DNA from: Dehalococcoidia bacterium
GTDB taxonomy: Bacteria > Chloroflexota > Dehalococcoidia > Bin125
NCBI GenBank assembly: GCA_963663235.2
Contig: CAXXNO010000012.1
Coordinates: 160,001-224,000, forward strand
Length of the DNA stretch: 64,000 nt
Direction of reading: 5' to 3'
Part shown: positions 20,431 to 30,784 of the stretch, one piece after another
Numbering within the stretch: the stretch's first letter is position 1
How the letters are laid out: the number at the start of each line of letters is the position of its first letter
Notes under the pieces: model-generated
What the model was told of the DNA's origin: nothing
The model's database searches: none
The model's input: only the letters and a program-made list of their open reading frames with translations
Program-made: the position numbers and the translations under genes

Positions 20431-22793
20431 TGACCATCGCCCCCGACCAGGAGCAGCCGCTCGTCGGCCAGCGTGTGCAGCGCCGTGAGGACGGGGCGCT
20501 GATCCACGGTCGGGGGACGTTCATCGACGACGTGAAACTGCCAGGGATGCTGCACCTGGCGTTCAAACGCAGTGACGTGGCGCACGGGCGGATCGTGCGG
20601 ATCGACAGCAGCGTGGCCGAGTCGATGCCGGGTGTGGAGCTGGTGGTCACCGGCGCCGAGTTGAAAGAGCCGCTGCCACCCGTGCCAATCCTCACTCCGT
20701 TTCCAGCGCCAGCGCACCACGCCGTGACCCCCGACAAGGCGCGGTACGTGGGAGACCCGGTGGCGGCGGTGGTGGCGACGGATCGCTACCTGGCCCGCGA
20801 CGCTCTCGCTGCGATCGTCGTGGAGATCGACGAGCTACCGGCGGTGATCGACCCAGTGGAGGCCATGACGGGCGCTCCCGCGCTGGTACACGAGGAATTC
20901 GAAAACAACGTCGCCCTGCGCATCGTCAGCGGGACCGGTGTCGACACCGAGACCGGCGTGGTGGACGACTCGGCCCTCAGAGCGGCGTTCGAGCAAGCGG
21001 AGGTGGTGATCTCCCAGCGGATGCGGAACCCGCGCCTGGCGCCCACCGCCATCGAGACGCGCGGGGTGGTGGCGCACTACGAGGCGGGCCGGGAGTACCT
21101 GACGGTCTGGGCCACGACGCAACGCCCGCACACCCACCGGCATTACATCGCGCCGGCGGTGGGCCTGGGCGAGCACCAGGTGCGGGTGATCGCGCCCGAC
21201 ATGGGAGGCGGGTTTGGGGCGAAGAAGATCTACGGCGAGGACTTTGTCGCCGCCATCCTTTCGAAGCGGCTGGGGCGGCCGATCAAGTGGATCGAGGATC
21301 GGTCCGAAGCGTTCATGGCGACGACGCACGGGCGCGACATGATCGGGGAGATCGAGATTGCGGCGAAACGGGACGGCACGGTCCTGGGCATCAAGGCCCG
21401 GCTGATCGCGGACATCGGCGCGTACGAGATGCTCCTCACGGCCTTCATTCCCACGCTGACGCACGGCTTACTCAGCGGGGCTTACGCGATCCCGATGATC
21501 CGGTCCGAGTTGATCGAGGTCTTCACCAACAAGACACCCACCGACGCGTACCGGGGCGCAGGGATGCCCGAGGCGATCTTCTTCGTGGAGCGGGCGATGG
21601 AGCTCCTGGCGCGCGAGTTGGAGATGGACTCCGCCGACGTGCGCCGCCGGAACTTCATCCCGCCGGATCAATTTCCCTACGCCACGCAAGGGGGCAGCGT
21701 CTACGACTCCGGTGAGTACGAGCGGCTGCTGGACAAGACGCTGGCCCTGGCCGGATGGGAGCGCCTCCAGGCCGAGCGTGAGGCGGCGCGGGCGCAAGGC
21801 CGGCTCGTGGGCTTGGGGCTGAGCTTCTACATCGAGTTGTGCGGGATCGGGCCGTCGACGATGTTTCCGTCGGGCGGCTGGGAGCACGCGAGCGTCACGG
21901 TTGAGCGCAGCGGCACGATCACCGCGACGACCGGCGCATCCGCCCACGGCCAGGGGCACGAGACCTCCTTCGCACAGATCCTGGCGGACCAGTTCGGCAT
22001 CCCGATGGAAGACATCAGCATCGTCCACGGCGACACGGCGAAGGTGAAACAGGGGGTCGGGACCGTGGGTAGCCGGTCGCTGGCCGTGGGCGGCACGGCG
22101 CTGCGCCTGGCCGGTGACAAGGTGAAGGCCAAGATGGCCACGTTCGCCGCCCACCTGCTGGAGGCGCGGGAGGCGGACATCACCTTCGCGAAGGGAATGA
22201 TCTCCGTCGCGGGCGTACCGGAGAGCGCGATGCCGTTCGCCGACGTGGCCGCCTACGCCTACGTTCCCACCACGCTACCGCGTGACACCGAACCGGGGTT
22301 GAGCGCGGAGGCCTTCTGGGAGCCCGAGGGGCTGACCTTCCCGTACGGCTGCTACATCGTGCAGGCAGAGGTGGACCGGGAGACGGGTGAAGTGGAGTTG
22401 CAGAAGCTGGTGGGTGTGGACGACTGCGGCACCGTGGTGAACCCGCTGATCGTCGACGGCCAAATCCACGGCGGGCTCGCGCAGGGGATCGGACCGGCCC
22501 TGAGCGAAGAGGTCATCTACGGCAGAGACGGGCAGCTGCTGACCGGCTCCCTGATGGACTACGCGATCCCGCGGGCCTCCGACTTGCCCCGCTTCGAGCT
22601 TGACTACACCGTCACGCCGACGCCGCTGAACCCACTCGGCGCCAAAGGAATCGGCGAAGCCGGCACAATCGGAGCGACGCCCGCGGTGGTGAACGCCGTC
22701 GTCGACGCGCTGGCCGAATTCGGCGTCAGACACCTCGACCCGGTGCTACGGCCGGAGAAGCTCTGGCGCATCATCCAGGGAGAGACGTCATGA
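20430..22793 (+). CDS. CoxL-like molybdopterin subunit (XDH family), copy 1
   Basis: GGGFG, AYRGAGMPE, GQGHET, GQIHGGLAQG, KGIGEAG. Confidence 0.92.
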   Translation: MTIAPDQEQPLVGQRVQRREDGALIHGRGTFIDDVKLPGMLHLAFKRSDVAHGRIVRIDSSVAESMPGVELVVTGAELKEPLPPVPILTPFPAPAHHAVTPDKARYVGDPVAAVVATDRYLARDALAAIVVEIDELPAVIDPVEAMTGAPALVHEEFENNVALRIVSGTGVDTETGVVDDSALRAAFEQAEVVISQRMRNPRLAPTAIETRGVVAHYEAGREYLTVWATTQRPHTHRHYIAPAVGLGEHQVRVIAPDMGGGFGAKKIYGEDFVAAILSKRLGRPIKWIEDRSEAFMATTHGRDMIGEIEIAAKRDGTVLGIKARLIADIGAYEMLLTAFIPTLTHGLLSGAYAIPMIRSELIEVFTNKTPTDAYRGAGMPEAIFFVERAMELLARELEMDSADVRRRNFIPPDQFPYATQGGSVYDSGEYERLLDKTLALAGWERLQAEREAARAQGRLVGLGLSFYIELCGIGPSTMFPSGGWEHASVTVERSGTITATTGASAHGQGHETSFAQILADQFGIPMEDISIVHGDTAKVKQGVGTVGSRSLAVGGTALRLAGDKVKAKMATFAAHLLEAREADITFAKGMISVAGVPESAMPFADVAAYAYVPTTLPRDTEPGLSAEAFWEPEGLTFPYGCYIVQAEVDRETGEVELQKLVGVDDCGTVVNPLIVDGQIHGGLAQGIGPALSEEVIYGRDGQLLTGSLMDYAIPRASDLPRFELDYTVTPTPLNPLGAKGIGEAGTIGATPAVVNAVVDALAEFGVRHLDPVLRPEKLWRIIQGETS

Positions 22794-23644
22794 TCCCGGC
22801 TTCCTTCCGCTACCGGCGCGCGACATCGGTTGAGGAGGCGGTTGCCATGCTGCGCGAAGCGGACGGCGAGGGCCGTCTCCTGGCGGGCGGGCACAGCCTG
22901 ATCCCGCTGATGAAGCTGCGCTTTAGCGAGCCGGGGGTCCTCATCGACATCATGCGGATCCCGGGATTGACCGGAGTGCGCGAGGTGGACGGCGGAATCG
23001 AGATCGGCGCGACGACGACGCAGGTGGCCGTGGAGGAATCCGATCTGCTGCGGGAACGCGCGCCCATGCTGGCGGAGGCGGCGGAAGGGATCGGGGACCC
23101 GCAGGTCCGGAATCGCGGCACGCTGGGCGGCAGCCTGGCCCACGCCGATCCGGCCGCCGACATGCCCGCGGTCATGGTGGCCCTCGACGCGGAGTTCGCC
23201 ATCGCCGGGCCTGGCGGTCAACGCTCGGTGCGCGCCGGTGACTTCTTCCAGGACGTGTTCACCGTGGACTTGGCCGAGGACGAGATGCTCACGAGCATCC
23301 GGTTCGCGCCGCTGCGCACGGCGTCCTACGCCAAGCTGCGACAGAAAGCGTCGCACTTCGCCATCGTGGGGGTGGCCGCGGCCTTGAACCTGGAGGATGG
23401 GCTCTGCCGCTCGGCGCGGGTGGCGATCACCGGCCTCTCCACGCACGCGTTCCGCCTGCCGGTGGTCGAGGAGGGGCTTCGCGGCCGCCGGCTGGACGCC
23501 GACACGATCGCCGCCGCGGCTCGCGACGCGGCGGCTGGGGTCGAGCAGATCAACGACGACCTCTTCGCCTCGGAGACTTACCGGGCGGCCATGGCCGAGG
23601 TGTTCGTGCGTCGCGCGGTCACGGCCGCGGCCGGCCGAGTCTAG
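22790..23644 (+). CDS. CoxM-like FAD-binding subunit
   Basis: LAGGHSLIPLMKLR, QVRNRGTLGGSLAHADPAAD. Confidence 0.93.
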   Translation: MIPASFRYRRATSVEEAVAMLREADGEGRLLAGGHSLIPLMKLRFSEPGVLIDIMRIPGLTGVREVDGGIEIGATTTQVAVEESDLLRERAPMLAEAAEGIGDPQVRNRGTLGGSLAHADPAADMPAVMVALDAEFAIAGPGGQRSVRAGDFFQDVFTVDLAEDEMLTSIRFAPLRTASYAKLRQKASHFAIVGVAAALNLEDGLCRSARVAITGLSTHAFRLPVVEEGLRGRRLDADTIAAAARDAAAGVEQINDDLFASETYRAAMAEVFVRRAVTAAAGRV

Positions 23645-23657
23645 GGAGGCGAGGCCG

Positions 23658-26048
23658 ATGGCACGCGAAGCAGGCGAATCCATGACCAGCGCGAAGACAC
23701 CGGGACAGCTTGCCGGACAACGCATCAGGCGTCGCGAGGATCCCCGCTTGATCCAGGGTCTGGGTACGTATGTCGATGACGTCAAGCTTCCGGGCATGTT
23801 GTATCTGGCGTTCAAGCGCAGCGACATGGCTCACGGCACGATCACACGCATCGACGCGAGCGCGGCGGAAGCGATGCCCGGCGTTGAGCTGGTCCTCACC
23901 GGCGCCGACCTCAAATCGATGCTCCCACCGATGACCGTCTACGCTTCCGTCCCGACCCCCGAGCGATACTCGGTGGCGGTGGACAGGGTGCGGCACGTTG
24001 GGGAGGCCGTGGCGGTGGTGGTGGCCCAGAGCCGGTACCAGGCGCGGGACGCGGCCAACGCCATCCTGGTGGAGATAGCCGAGTTGCCGGCCGTCGTCGA
24101 CCCCGAAGAGGCGACGAAGGATCGCCAGGCGCTGATCCACGAAGGGTTCGAGAACAACGTGGCCCTGTCGACGGGCCCGAGCGGGACCGGGGTGGACCCC
24201 GAGGCGCCCCCGGCGGACGACGCCGCAATCGATGAGGCGTTCGCCCGGGCGGAGGTGACCATCTCGCAGCGGATGGTGAATCAGCGCCTGGCGCCGACGC
24301 CGCTGGAAGCGCGCGGCGTGCTTGCCCACTACGAGCCGGGGAAACAGAGCTTGACCGTCTGGGTGACGACGCAGAGCGCGCATATCGTGCGGAGCCTGGT
24401 GGCGCCTGCGCTGGGAATGGGTGAGCACCAGGTTCGCGTCATCGCCCCGGACGTGGGCGGAGGGTTCGGCTGCAAGACGGACATCTACGCTGAGGGCTAC
24501 GTGACCGCCGCCGTGTCCAAGCGGCTGGGCAAGCCGGTCAAGTGGATCGAGGACCGCTCGGAAGCGTTCCTGGCGACGACGCATGGTCGCGACGTGATCG
24601 GCTACATCGACCTCGCGGCCAAGCGCGACGGCACGATCCTGGGGCTGAAGGCGCGGCTCATCGCGGACATCGGCGCCTATCAAGCGCTGTGGACCGCAGA
24701 AATCCCCACGGGCGCCCAAGCAATGCTCAGCAACGTGTACGACATCCCGGCGGTGCGTTCCGAGCTCGTGGAGGTGTTCACCAACAAGACACCGACGGAC
24801 GCCTATCGCGGCGCCGGGCGACCGGAAGGGATCTACTTCGTCGAGCGGGCTATCGACATGCTCGCGCGCGAACTGAACATGGACCCGGCCGCGGTGCGGC
24901 GCAAGAATTTCATCCGGCCGGAGCAGTTCCCCTTCACCACCCAGACGGGCCTCGTGTACGACACCGGCGAGTACGCGCGACTACTGGACAAAGTCTTGGA
25001 GTCCGCCGAGTGGGAGCGGTGCAAGGCGGAACGGGATGCCGCGCAGGCCGAGGGTCGGTTGGTGGGCCTGGGTCTGGCGTATTACGTGGAGATCTGCGGG
25101 CTGGGGCCCTCATCCAGCATGCCGGTCGGCGGTTGGGAGCACGGCGCCGTCACCGTGGAACGGAGCGGCACGATCACCGCCACCACGGGCTCGTCGTCGC
25201 ACGGCCAGGGGCACGAGACCACCTTCTCGCAGCTGATCGCCGACGAATTCGGCGTGCCGATGGAGGGCATCACCATCCTGCACGGCGATACCGCGATCGT
25301 GAAGCAGGGCGTGGGGACGTTCGGCAGCCGCTCCCTGGTAGTGGGCGGGACGGCGCTGAAGCTCGCCGCCGGCAAGGTCAAGGCGAAGATGGCGACGTTC
25401 GCCGCGCAGATGCTGGAGGCGCAACCGCAAGACATGGTCTTCCGCGACGGGATGGTCTCGGTCGCCGGGGTGCCGGAGAGCGGCATCCCCTTCGCCGACG
25501 TCTCCGCCTACGCGTACGTTCCCGTCCCCCTGCCGGCGGGCACCGAGCCGGGTCTGAGCGAGGAAGCCTTCTGGGAGCCGGAGGGGATGACGTATCCCTA
25601 CGGCTGCTACATCGCGCAGGTCGAAGTCGATCGGGAGACGGGCGAGATTACGTTGCAGAATTTCGTGGGCGTCGACGACTGCGGCACGGTCATCAACCCC
25701 CTGATCGTCGATGGTCAGATCCACGGGGGTCTGGCGCAGGGCATCGGGCAAGCGATGCTGGAAGAGGTGGTCTACGACGGAAGCGGTCAGCTGTTGACGG
25801 GGTCGCTGATGGATTATGCGATCCCGCGGGCCACCGACCTCCCGCCGTTCCAGCTGGACCGGACCGTCACGCCCTCGCCGCTCAACCCCTTGGGCGCCAA
25901 AGGGATCGGCGAAGCGGGCACCATCGGATCCGCTCCGGCGATCGTGAACGCGGTCGTCGATGCGCTGAGCCCGTTCGGGGTGTCGCACATCGACATGATG
26001 CTGCGGCCCGAGAAGCTCTGGCAGATCATGCAGGGCGAGCGATCGTAG
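23658..26048 (+). CDS. CoxL-like molybdopterin subunit (form II-type motif), copy 2
   Basis: GGGFGCK, AYRGAGRPE, KGIGEAG; RBS GGGAGG upstream of ATG 23658. Confidence 0.92.
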   Translation: MAREAGESMTSAKTPGQLAGQRIRRREDPRLIQGLGTYVDDVKLPGMLYLAFKRSDMAHGTITRIDASAAEAMPGVELVLTGADLKSMLPPMTVYASVPTPERYSVAVDRVRHVGEAVAVVVAQSRYQARDAANAILVEIAELPAVVDPEEATKDRQALIHEGFENNVALSTGPSGTGVDPEAPPADDAAIDEAFARAEVTISQRMVNQRLAPTPLEARGVLAHYEPGKQSLTVWVTTQSAHIVRSLVAPALGMGEHQVRVIAPDVGGGFGCKTDIYAEGYVTAAVSKRLGKPVKWIEDRSEAFLATTHGRDVIGYIDLAAKRDGTILGLKARLIADIGAYQALWTAEIPTGAQAMLSNVYDIPAVRSELVEVFTNKTPTDAYRGAGRPEGIYFVERAIDMLARELNMDPAAVRRKNFIRPEQFPFTTQTGLVYDTGEYARLLDKVLESAEWERCKAERDAAQAEGRLVGLGLAYYVEICGLGPSSSMPVGGWEHGAVTVERSGTITATTGSSSHGQGHETTFSQLIADEFGVPMEGITILHGDTAIVKQGVGTFGSRSLVVGGTALKLAAGKVKAKMATFAAQMLEAQPQDMVFRDGMVSVAGVPESGIPFADVSAYAYVPVPLPAGTEPGLSEEAFWEPEGMTYPYGCYIAQVEVDRETGEITLQNFVGVDDCGTVINPLIVDGQIHGGLAQGIGQAMLEEVVYDGSGQLLTGSLMDYAIPRATDLPPFQLDRTVTPSPLNPLGAKGIGEAGTIGSAPAIVNAVVDALSPFGVSHIDMMLRPEKLWQIMQGERS

Positions 26049-26077
26049 AGCCTAGGGCGCGTCCTCCGCCCCGCCGA

Positions 26078-27076
26078 CTATTGGGTAGGGAGGCGCGCGC
26101 CGAGCATGCGCGCCAGTGTCGCGCCTAGGATTCGCTCTCGAACGGCGGCAGGCAGTGAGTGGATGACCGGCATCGCTACCGCGCCGCCGGGATCGCCGAT
26201 CTCAAACGGATCGTCGGAGCCGAACACCACATTCTCCGGGCCGGCGGCCTGAATCAGGAATCGTAGGCTTTCCGGCGCCGCCACGACGGTGTCGAAGAGC
26301 AGTTGGTCGTAGTACTCACTTGGCGCCCTGGTGATATGAGCGTGACAGTCCGGGTTGTACTCGTGCTCGGACGCGGCGTACGCGAGGTCCAGACGGCCCT
26401 TGAGGAAGACAAGGCTCCCACCGCCGTGCGCCACTACCAGACGTAGGTTCGGATGCCGCTCCAGCGTCCCCCCGAAGATCAGCCGGCTCACAGCGAGTGT
26501 CGTCTCGTTCGGCCAGGCGAGAATCGTGGTGAGGGTGTAGTCGCGGAAGCGGGGCAGATCCTCGGCGCTGTTGGGATGCATGAAGAGCACCAGCCCCATT
26601 CGTTCGATGGCCGCGAAGACGGGATCGAGCGAGGGGTGATCGAGCGGGCGGTCGCCGGCATACGTCCCGATGGCAACCCCGACCAAACCGTACTCGTCGA
26701 TGGCGCGTTCGAGCTCGGAAGCCGCGCGTTCCGGCTCGCCGAGGCCGAGCGCCGCCAACCCGGCGAAGCGGCCGCCCGAACCGGCGACGCAGTCCGCCGT
26801 GCTCCGGTTGATGTGCCGGGCGAGCTCCGCATCAGCCGCGCCGCCGGGCCAGGAGAGGAAGTTCGCGATCGGGCTCACGAGTTCCAGATCGACGCCGCGG
26901 CCGGCCATGCGCGCCAGCCGCTCATCGTGCGCGTAGACGCCGGGATCGAGTGAGGCGCCAAAGCCGCCGACGACGAAGCCGCCACCGGCGCGCGCTTCCA
27001 AGCTGAAGCGATCGTCCTGGGCAAGCCGAGCCAGGAGCCGCTCGCTGGTGACGTGTCCGTGGACATCGATGATCAT
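26078..27076 (-). CDS. Amidohydrolase_2 family protein
   Basis: MIIDVHGH, FMHP, AHGGG, FGSDDPF. Confidence 0.87.
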   Translation of the reverse strand: MIIDVHGHVTSERLLARLAQDDRFSLEARAGGGFVVGGFGASLDPGVYAHDERLARMAGRGVDLELVSPIANFLSWPGGAADAELARHINRSTADCVAGSGGRFAGLAALGLGEPERAASELERAIDEYGLVGVAIGTYAGDRPLDHPSLDPVFAAIERMGLVLFMHPNSAEDLPRFRDYTLTTILAWPNETTLAVSRLIFGGTLERHPNLRLVVAHGGGSLVFLKGRLDLAYAASEHEYNPDCHAHITRAPSEYYDQLLFDTVVAAPESLRFLIQAAGPENVVFGSDDPFEIGDPGGAVAMPVIHSLPAAVRERILGATLARMLGARLPTQ

Positions 27077-27262
27077 CCGGCGCTCCCTCCGTGGGGCGGC
27101 ATCCGGAGCACCGCCCGGGCGACGCCGACCGCGCCCTGGATGTAAAAGAGGACCGATGTGCGGGGCACGAGCTGCCTCCTCATCTGCGCTCCATGTCGAC
27201 ATCGGAGCGAACGGTAGTCTAGCGGGGGATCACACCCCGCCAGATGAGGCCGATAGGAGGTC

Positions 27263-28114
27263 GTGCCTGTGAGAAGGGGTTACGTCGACTGGGCCGGTGG
27301 TCAGATCCACTACCGTACCAACGACGACGGCCGCTCCGGCGAAGGCGGCGCCCGCACGCCGTTGGTCTTGCTTCACCAGACCGCCAGCTCATCGGCGATG
27401 TACGAACGGCTCATGGGTGCGCTGGCGGGGCGAGTCCGCGCCTTTGCGCTGGACACGCCCGGATTCGGCCTCTCCGACCTGCCGCGAGAGTCGCCCAGCG
27501 TCAGCGACTATGCGCGCGCATTTCTGGAGGCGCTGGAACGGCTCGGGCTGCCGGAGTTTCACGCGTTCGGTCATCACACGGGAGCGTCGATCGCCTGTGA
27601 GATGGCGGCCGCCGCGCCTGAGCGCACGGAAACGATCATGCTGTGCGCGCCCCCATACGCTGAGGCGGAGGAGCGGGCCCAGTGGCGGCGGAAGGTGAGC
27701 GGCGCACCCGACGATCGCGCGCCGTTTCGACAGGTTGGGGTCCGGCCGCTCACCATCGAGCCGGACGGCAGCCACCTCCCGGCGGTCTGGCAGCGGGTTC
27801 GAGACATGGGCCCGGACGCGCCGCCGGCTCTGCTCCACCGGGAAGCGATCGACCGCCTGCGCGCGGGCGAGCGCTACCACGAAGCCGTGCTCGCAATGTT
27901 CAGCCAGGACACGCCGGCGCTCCTGGCCCAGGTGCGATGCCCCATCCTGTTGCTCTGCGGCGACCGCGACCCCTTCCTGCCCTACTTCACGCGAGCCTGC
28001 AACGCACGTCCCGACGCCCGCCAGGTGCTCTTGCAAGGCGGATCGCTACTCATGGACGAGAGTCCGGAGGCGGTCGCGGCCGAGATCCGATCGTTTCTGC
28101 AAGGGATTGCATGA
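27263..28114 (+). CDS. Alpha/beta-hydrolase-fold protein (non-canonical catalytic motifs)
   Basis: LLHQ, DTPGFGLSD, GHHTGA nucleophile elbow. Confidence 0.83.
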   Translation: MPVRRGYVDWAGGQIHYRTNDDGRSGEGGARTPLVLLHQTASSSAMYERLMGALAGRVRAFALDTPGFGLSDLPRESPSVSDYARAFLEALERLGLPEFHAFGHHTGASIACEMAAAAPERTETIMLCAPPYAEAEERAQWRRKVSGAPDDRAPFRQVGVRPLTIEPDGSHLPAVWQRVRDMGPDAPPALLHREAIDRLRAGERYHEAVLAMFSQDTPALLAQVRCPILLLCGDRDPFLPYFTRACNARPDARQVLLQGGSLLMDESPEAVAAEIRSFLQGIA

Positions 28115-28282
28115 CGGGCGCTTGGAGATGCCCGAGGCCGGCTGGGACCGTGCGCTGCGGCTCTACGGAGACGTCGTCCGCCACGCGGGCGTGCGCTTGC
28201 GCTTCTGTACGTTGGAAGAGATCGCACACGACTTCTCGCGGCGGAGCCCGCGGTCGAGCCGGCCGTCACACGGCCGCCGACG

Positions 28283-29599
28283 CTAGAGGAGCGCTTCCAG
28301 ATCCTGGGCCCAGGCGAGCAGCGCCTCGTCCGTTCCGGCGCGCCCCGCGATCTGCAGCCCCAAGGGGAGACCAGCGGCGGCGGTACCGGCCGGCAAGGTG
28401 ACGGTCGGGAGCCCGGCGTGCGTCCAGGGGAGGTTCATGGCCGGGTCGCCCGTGGCGCCGAGGCCTTCCGGCGCCGGCCCGGTCGTCGATGGGGAGACCC
28501 ACAGGTCGATATCGTGCTGCGACATGAGCTCTTCGAGTTCGGCGCGGACGCGAGCGATGCTGGTGCGGGCGGTCTCCAGCTCCTCTGTCGTAATTGCGCG
28601 GCCCGCCTCCACAAGCATCGCAGCGCGCGGCCGGTACAGTGCCGCGTAGTTGCGGAACCAGGCGTCGTGCACCCGGGCGAACTCGGCCGTGTATACGACT
28701 CTGTGGCGCTCCGCGATCGTCTCAATATCTTGCAACGCCGACACGCGCCGCACCGTGCACCCCTGCGACTCCAGCCGCGCGAGTCGCTCAGTGAACATCT
28801 CGTGGGCCTCGGTTCTGGCTTGCTCCAGATAGGGGCCTTCCGGCACTCCGAGGGTTGGCAGCCGACGCTCAGCCGTCGCGGGCGGCGGACGCCAGTCATT
28901 GCACAGTACTGAGGCCGCCAGCACGGCGCCGGCCGCATCCTGCGTAAAGAAGCCCACGTGGTCGACGGACTGGGAGATGTACAGGACGCCTTCGGTGGGG
29001 ATGCGGTCATACGTGGGCTTGAACCCCACGACGCCGCAGAAGGAGGCGGGCCGGATGACGGAGCCGACGGTCTGAGTGCCGAGTGCCAGCGCTGCATAGC
29101 CCGCTGCGACCGCGGCGGCGGATCCGCTGCTCGAGCCGCCGGGGGTGTGTCGGGGGTTTCGCGGGTTGGCCGTGGCGCCGGGATCGAAGTAAGCGAACTC
29201 CGTGCTGACCGTCTTGCCCAAGATCAGCGCGCCGGCGTCGCGGAGGCGGCGAACGCAGGTGGCCTCCGGCATCTCGAAGATCTCGGGCGGGAGCGCGGAC
29301 CCCCCTCGGGTAGCGAAGCCATCGACGGCGAAGATGTCTTTCACCGCCGCGATCACGCCGAAGAGGGGCGGCCGATCGGCGGGATCCGGGTACCGTTCGA
29401 GGAGCGCCGTCGCCTCGCGGATCAAGCGGTCGCGCCGCCCGGGCTCGGGGAGCACCGCCCGGACCGCCAGCCCCGTGGCTTCGAGACGGTCGCAGACCTC
29501 ATGGACGTGCTTCTCGACGTCGAGCGAGCCGGAGCCGAGGGCGTCGGCGGTCCGGCGCAGGGGCAGCGAGGCAATCAGGAGCGGCGACTCGGTTGTCAT
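28283..29599 (-). CDS. Amidase signature family protein
   Basis: AVKD, GKTVSTEF, TPGGSSSGSAAAV, GTQTVGSVIRPA. Confidence 0.9.
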   Translation of the reverse strand: MTTESPLLIASLPLRRTADALGSGSLDVEKHVHEVCDRLEATGLAVRAVLPEPGRRDRLIREATALLERYPDPADRPPLFGVIAAVKDIFAVDGFATRGGSALPPEIFEMPEATCVRRLRDAGALILGKTVSTEFAYFDPGATANPRNPRHTPGGSSSGSAAAVAAGYAALALGTQTVGSVIRPASFCGVVGFKPTYDRIPTEGVLYISQSVDHVGFFTQDAAGAVLAASVLCNDWRPPPATAERRLPTLGVPEGPYLEQARTEAHEMFTERLARLESQGCTVRRVSALQDIETIAERHRVVYTAEFARVHDAWFRNYAALYRPRAAMLVEAGRAITTEELETARTSIARVRAELEELMSQHDIDLWVSPSTTGPAPEGLGATGDPAMNLPWTHAGLPTVTLPAGTAAAGLPLGLQIAGRAGTDEALLAWAQDLEALL

Positions 29600-29726
29600 G
29601 GCGTGGGCGATAGTAGCGCAGAACGTCCCCAGGAAGGGAACCCGAGCAGCGAGGCATGCAGGGCTCGTCGCAGTGGTCTAGGGTCTGGCGGGCCGGCGTT
29701 GGCCGGACCGTGGAAGGAGCGGAGCC

Positions 29727-30536
29727 ATGGGTGCGCGATTGGACGGCCGGGTCGCGATTATCACGGGAGCCGCGAGCGGCATCGGCCGGGCGACGGCGGT
29801 GCGCTTCGCCGAAGAGGGCGCCGACATCGTTGTGGCCGATGTGCTGGCCGGTGAGGGGAACGAGACCGCCAAGGCCATCGAAGCGCTCGGGCGCCGCACC
29901 CTCGTCGTTCCGACGGACGTGGCCAAGGAAGCCGACTGCGAGGCGCTGGCTGAGGCCGCGATCCGGGAGTTCGGCCGCATCGACATCCTCTTCGCCGCCG
30001 CCGGCATCTTGCACGGCGGCTACGTGAGCGGCCGCGACCCGGACTCCGACAACCCATTCGTGAACCCGGTCGGCGCGTATGTCGTCAACGATCAACTGGA
30101 GAACTGGGAGAAGGTTCTGGCCGTCAACCTGACGGGTGTGATGCTGACGGACCGGGCCGTGGCCCGACGCATGATCAGCGCGGACCGCGGGGGATCGATC
30201 ATAAACGTCGCCTCCGTGTCGGCGAAGAAGCCCGACGCGGCGCTCGCCGCGTACTGCGCGTCCAAGGCCGGAGTCTGGATGCTGACGAAAGTGCTGGCCC
30301 TAGAGCTCGCACCCCACCAGATCCGGGTGAATGCCGTGGCGCCGGGGACGACAGAGACGCCCATGACCGCGCCGCTCCACGCGACGGAGCGACGCAAAAC
30401 GGTGGAGCAGATCACCCCGCTGGGACGACTGGGCCGACCGGTGGACGTTGCCAATACCGCCCTGTTTCTCGCCTCCGACGAATCCGAGTACTACACGGGG
30501 CAGATGCTCCAGCCCGACGGGGGCTGGTACATGTAA
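29727..30536 (+). CDS. SDR family oxidoreductase
   Basis: TGAASGIG, YCASK, VNAVAPG. Confidence 0.92.
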   Translation: MGARLDGRVAIITGAASGIGRATAVRFAEEGADIVVADVLAGEGNETAKAIEALGRRTLVVPTDVAKEADCEALAEAAIREFGRIDILFAAAGILHGGYVSGRDPDSDNPFVNPVGAYVVNDQLENWEKVLAVNLTGVMLTDRAVARRMISADRGGSIINVASVSAKKPDAALAAYCASKAGVWMLTKVLALELAPHQIRVNAVAPGTTETPMTAPLHATERRKTVEQITPLGRLGRPVDVANTALFLASDESEYYTGQMLQPDGGWYM

Positions 30537-30784
30537 TCGCCGGGCGCCCTGTTCGGCCCGGCCGCCTAGGCCACCGGCGGCCCAGCCTGCCGCCGGCTCG
30601 GAGACAGATCGGTGGTGGGAGCGATCAGGACGGTTATGTAACGATGGGGCGCGGGATCAGTACAGCGCCGTGGTGCAGGAGAACGACCCTCGCGCGCTAC
30701 AGTACGCAGTGAACGACGTCGCCACGACCAGGCTTCGCATGGCGAGGCCAGGACAGGCGCGGGCGGCGGAGGGAAAGGCTTGTG

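Noticed and set aside
19954-26048. True aerobic CO dehydrogenase (form I)
   Set aside because: AYxCSFR motif absent and no coxDEFG accessory genes.
30633-30642. Palindrome GTTATGTAAC upstream of CoA-transferases as an operator
   Set aside because: Short single occurrence with no cognate regulator nearby; insufficient support.
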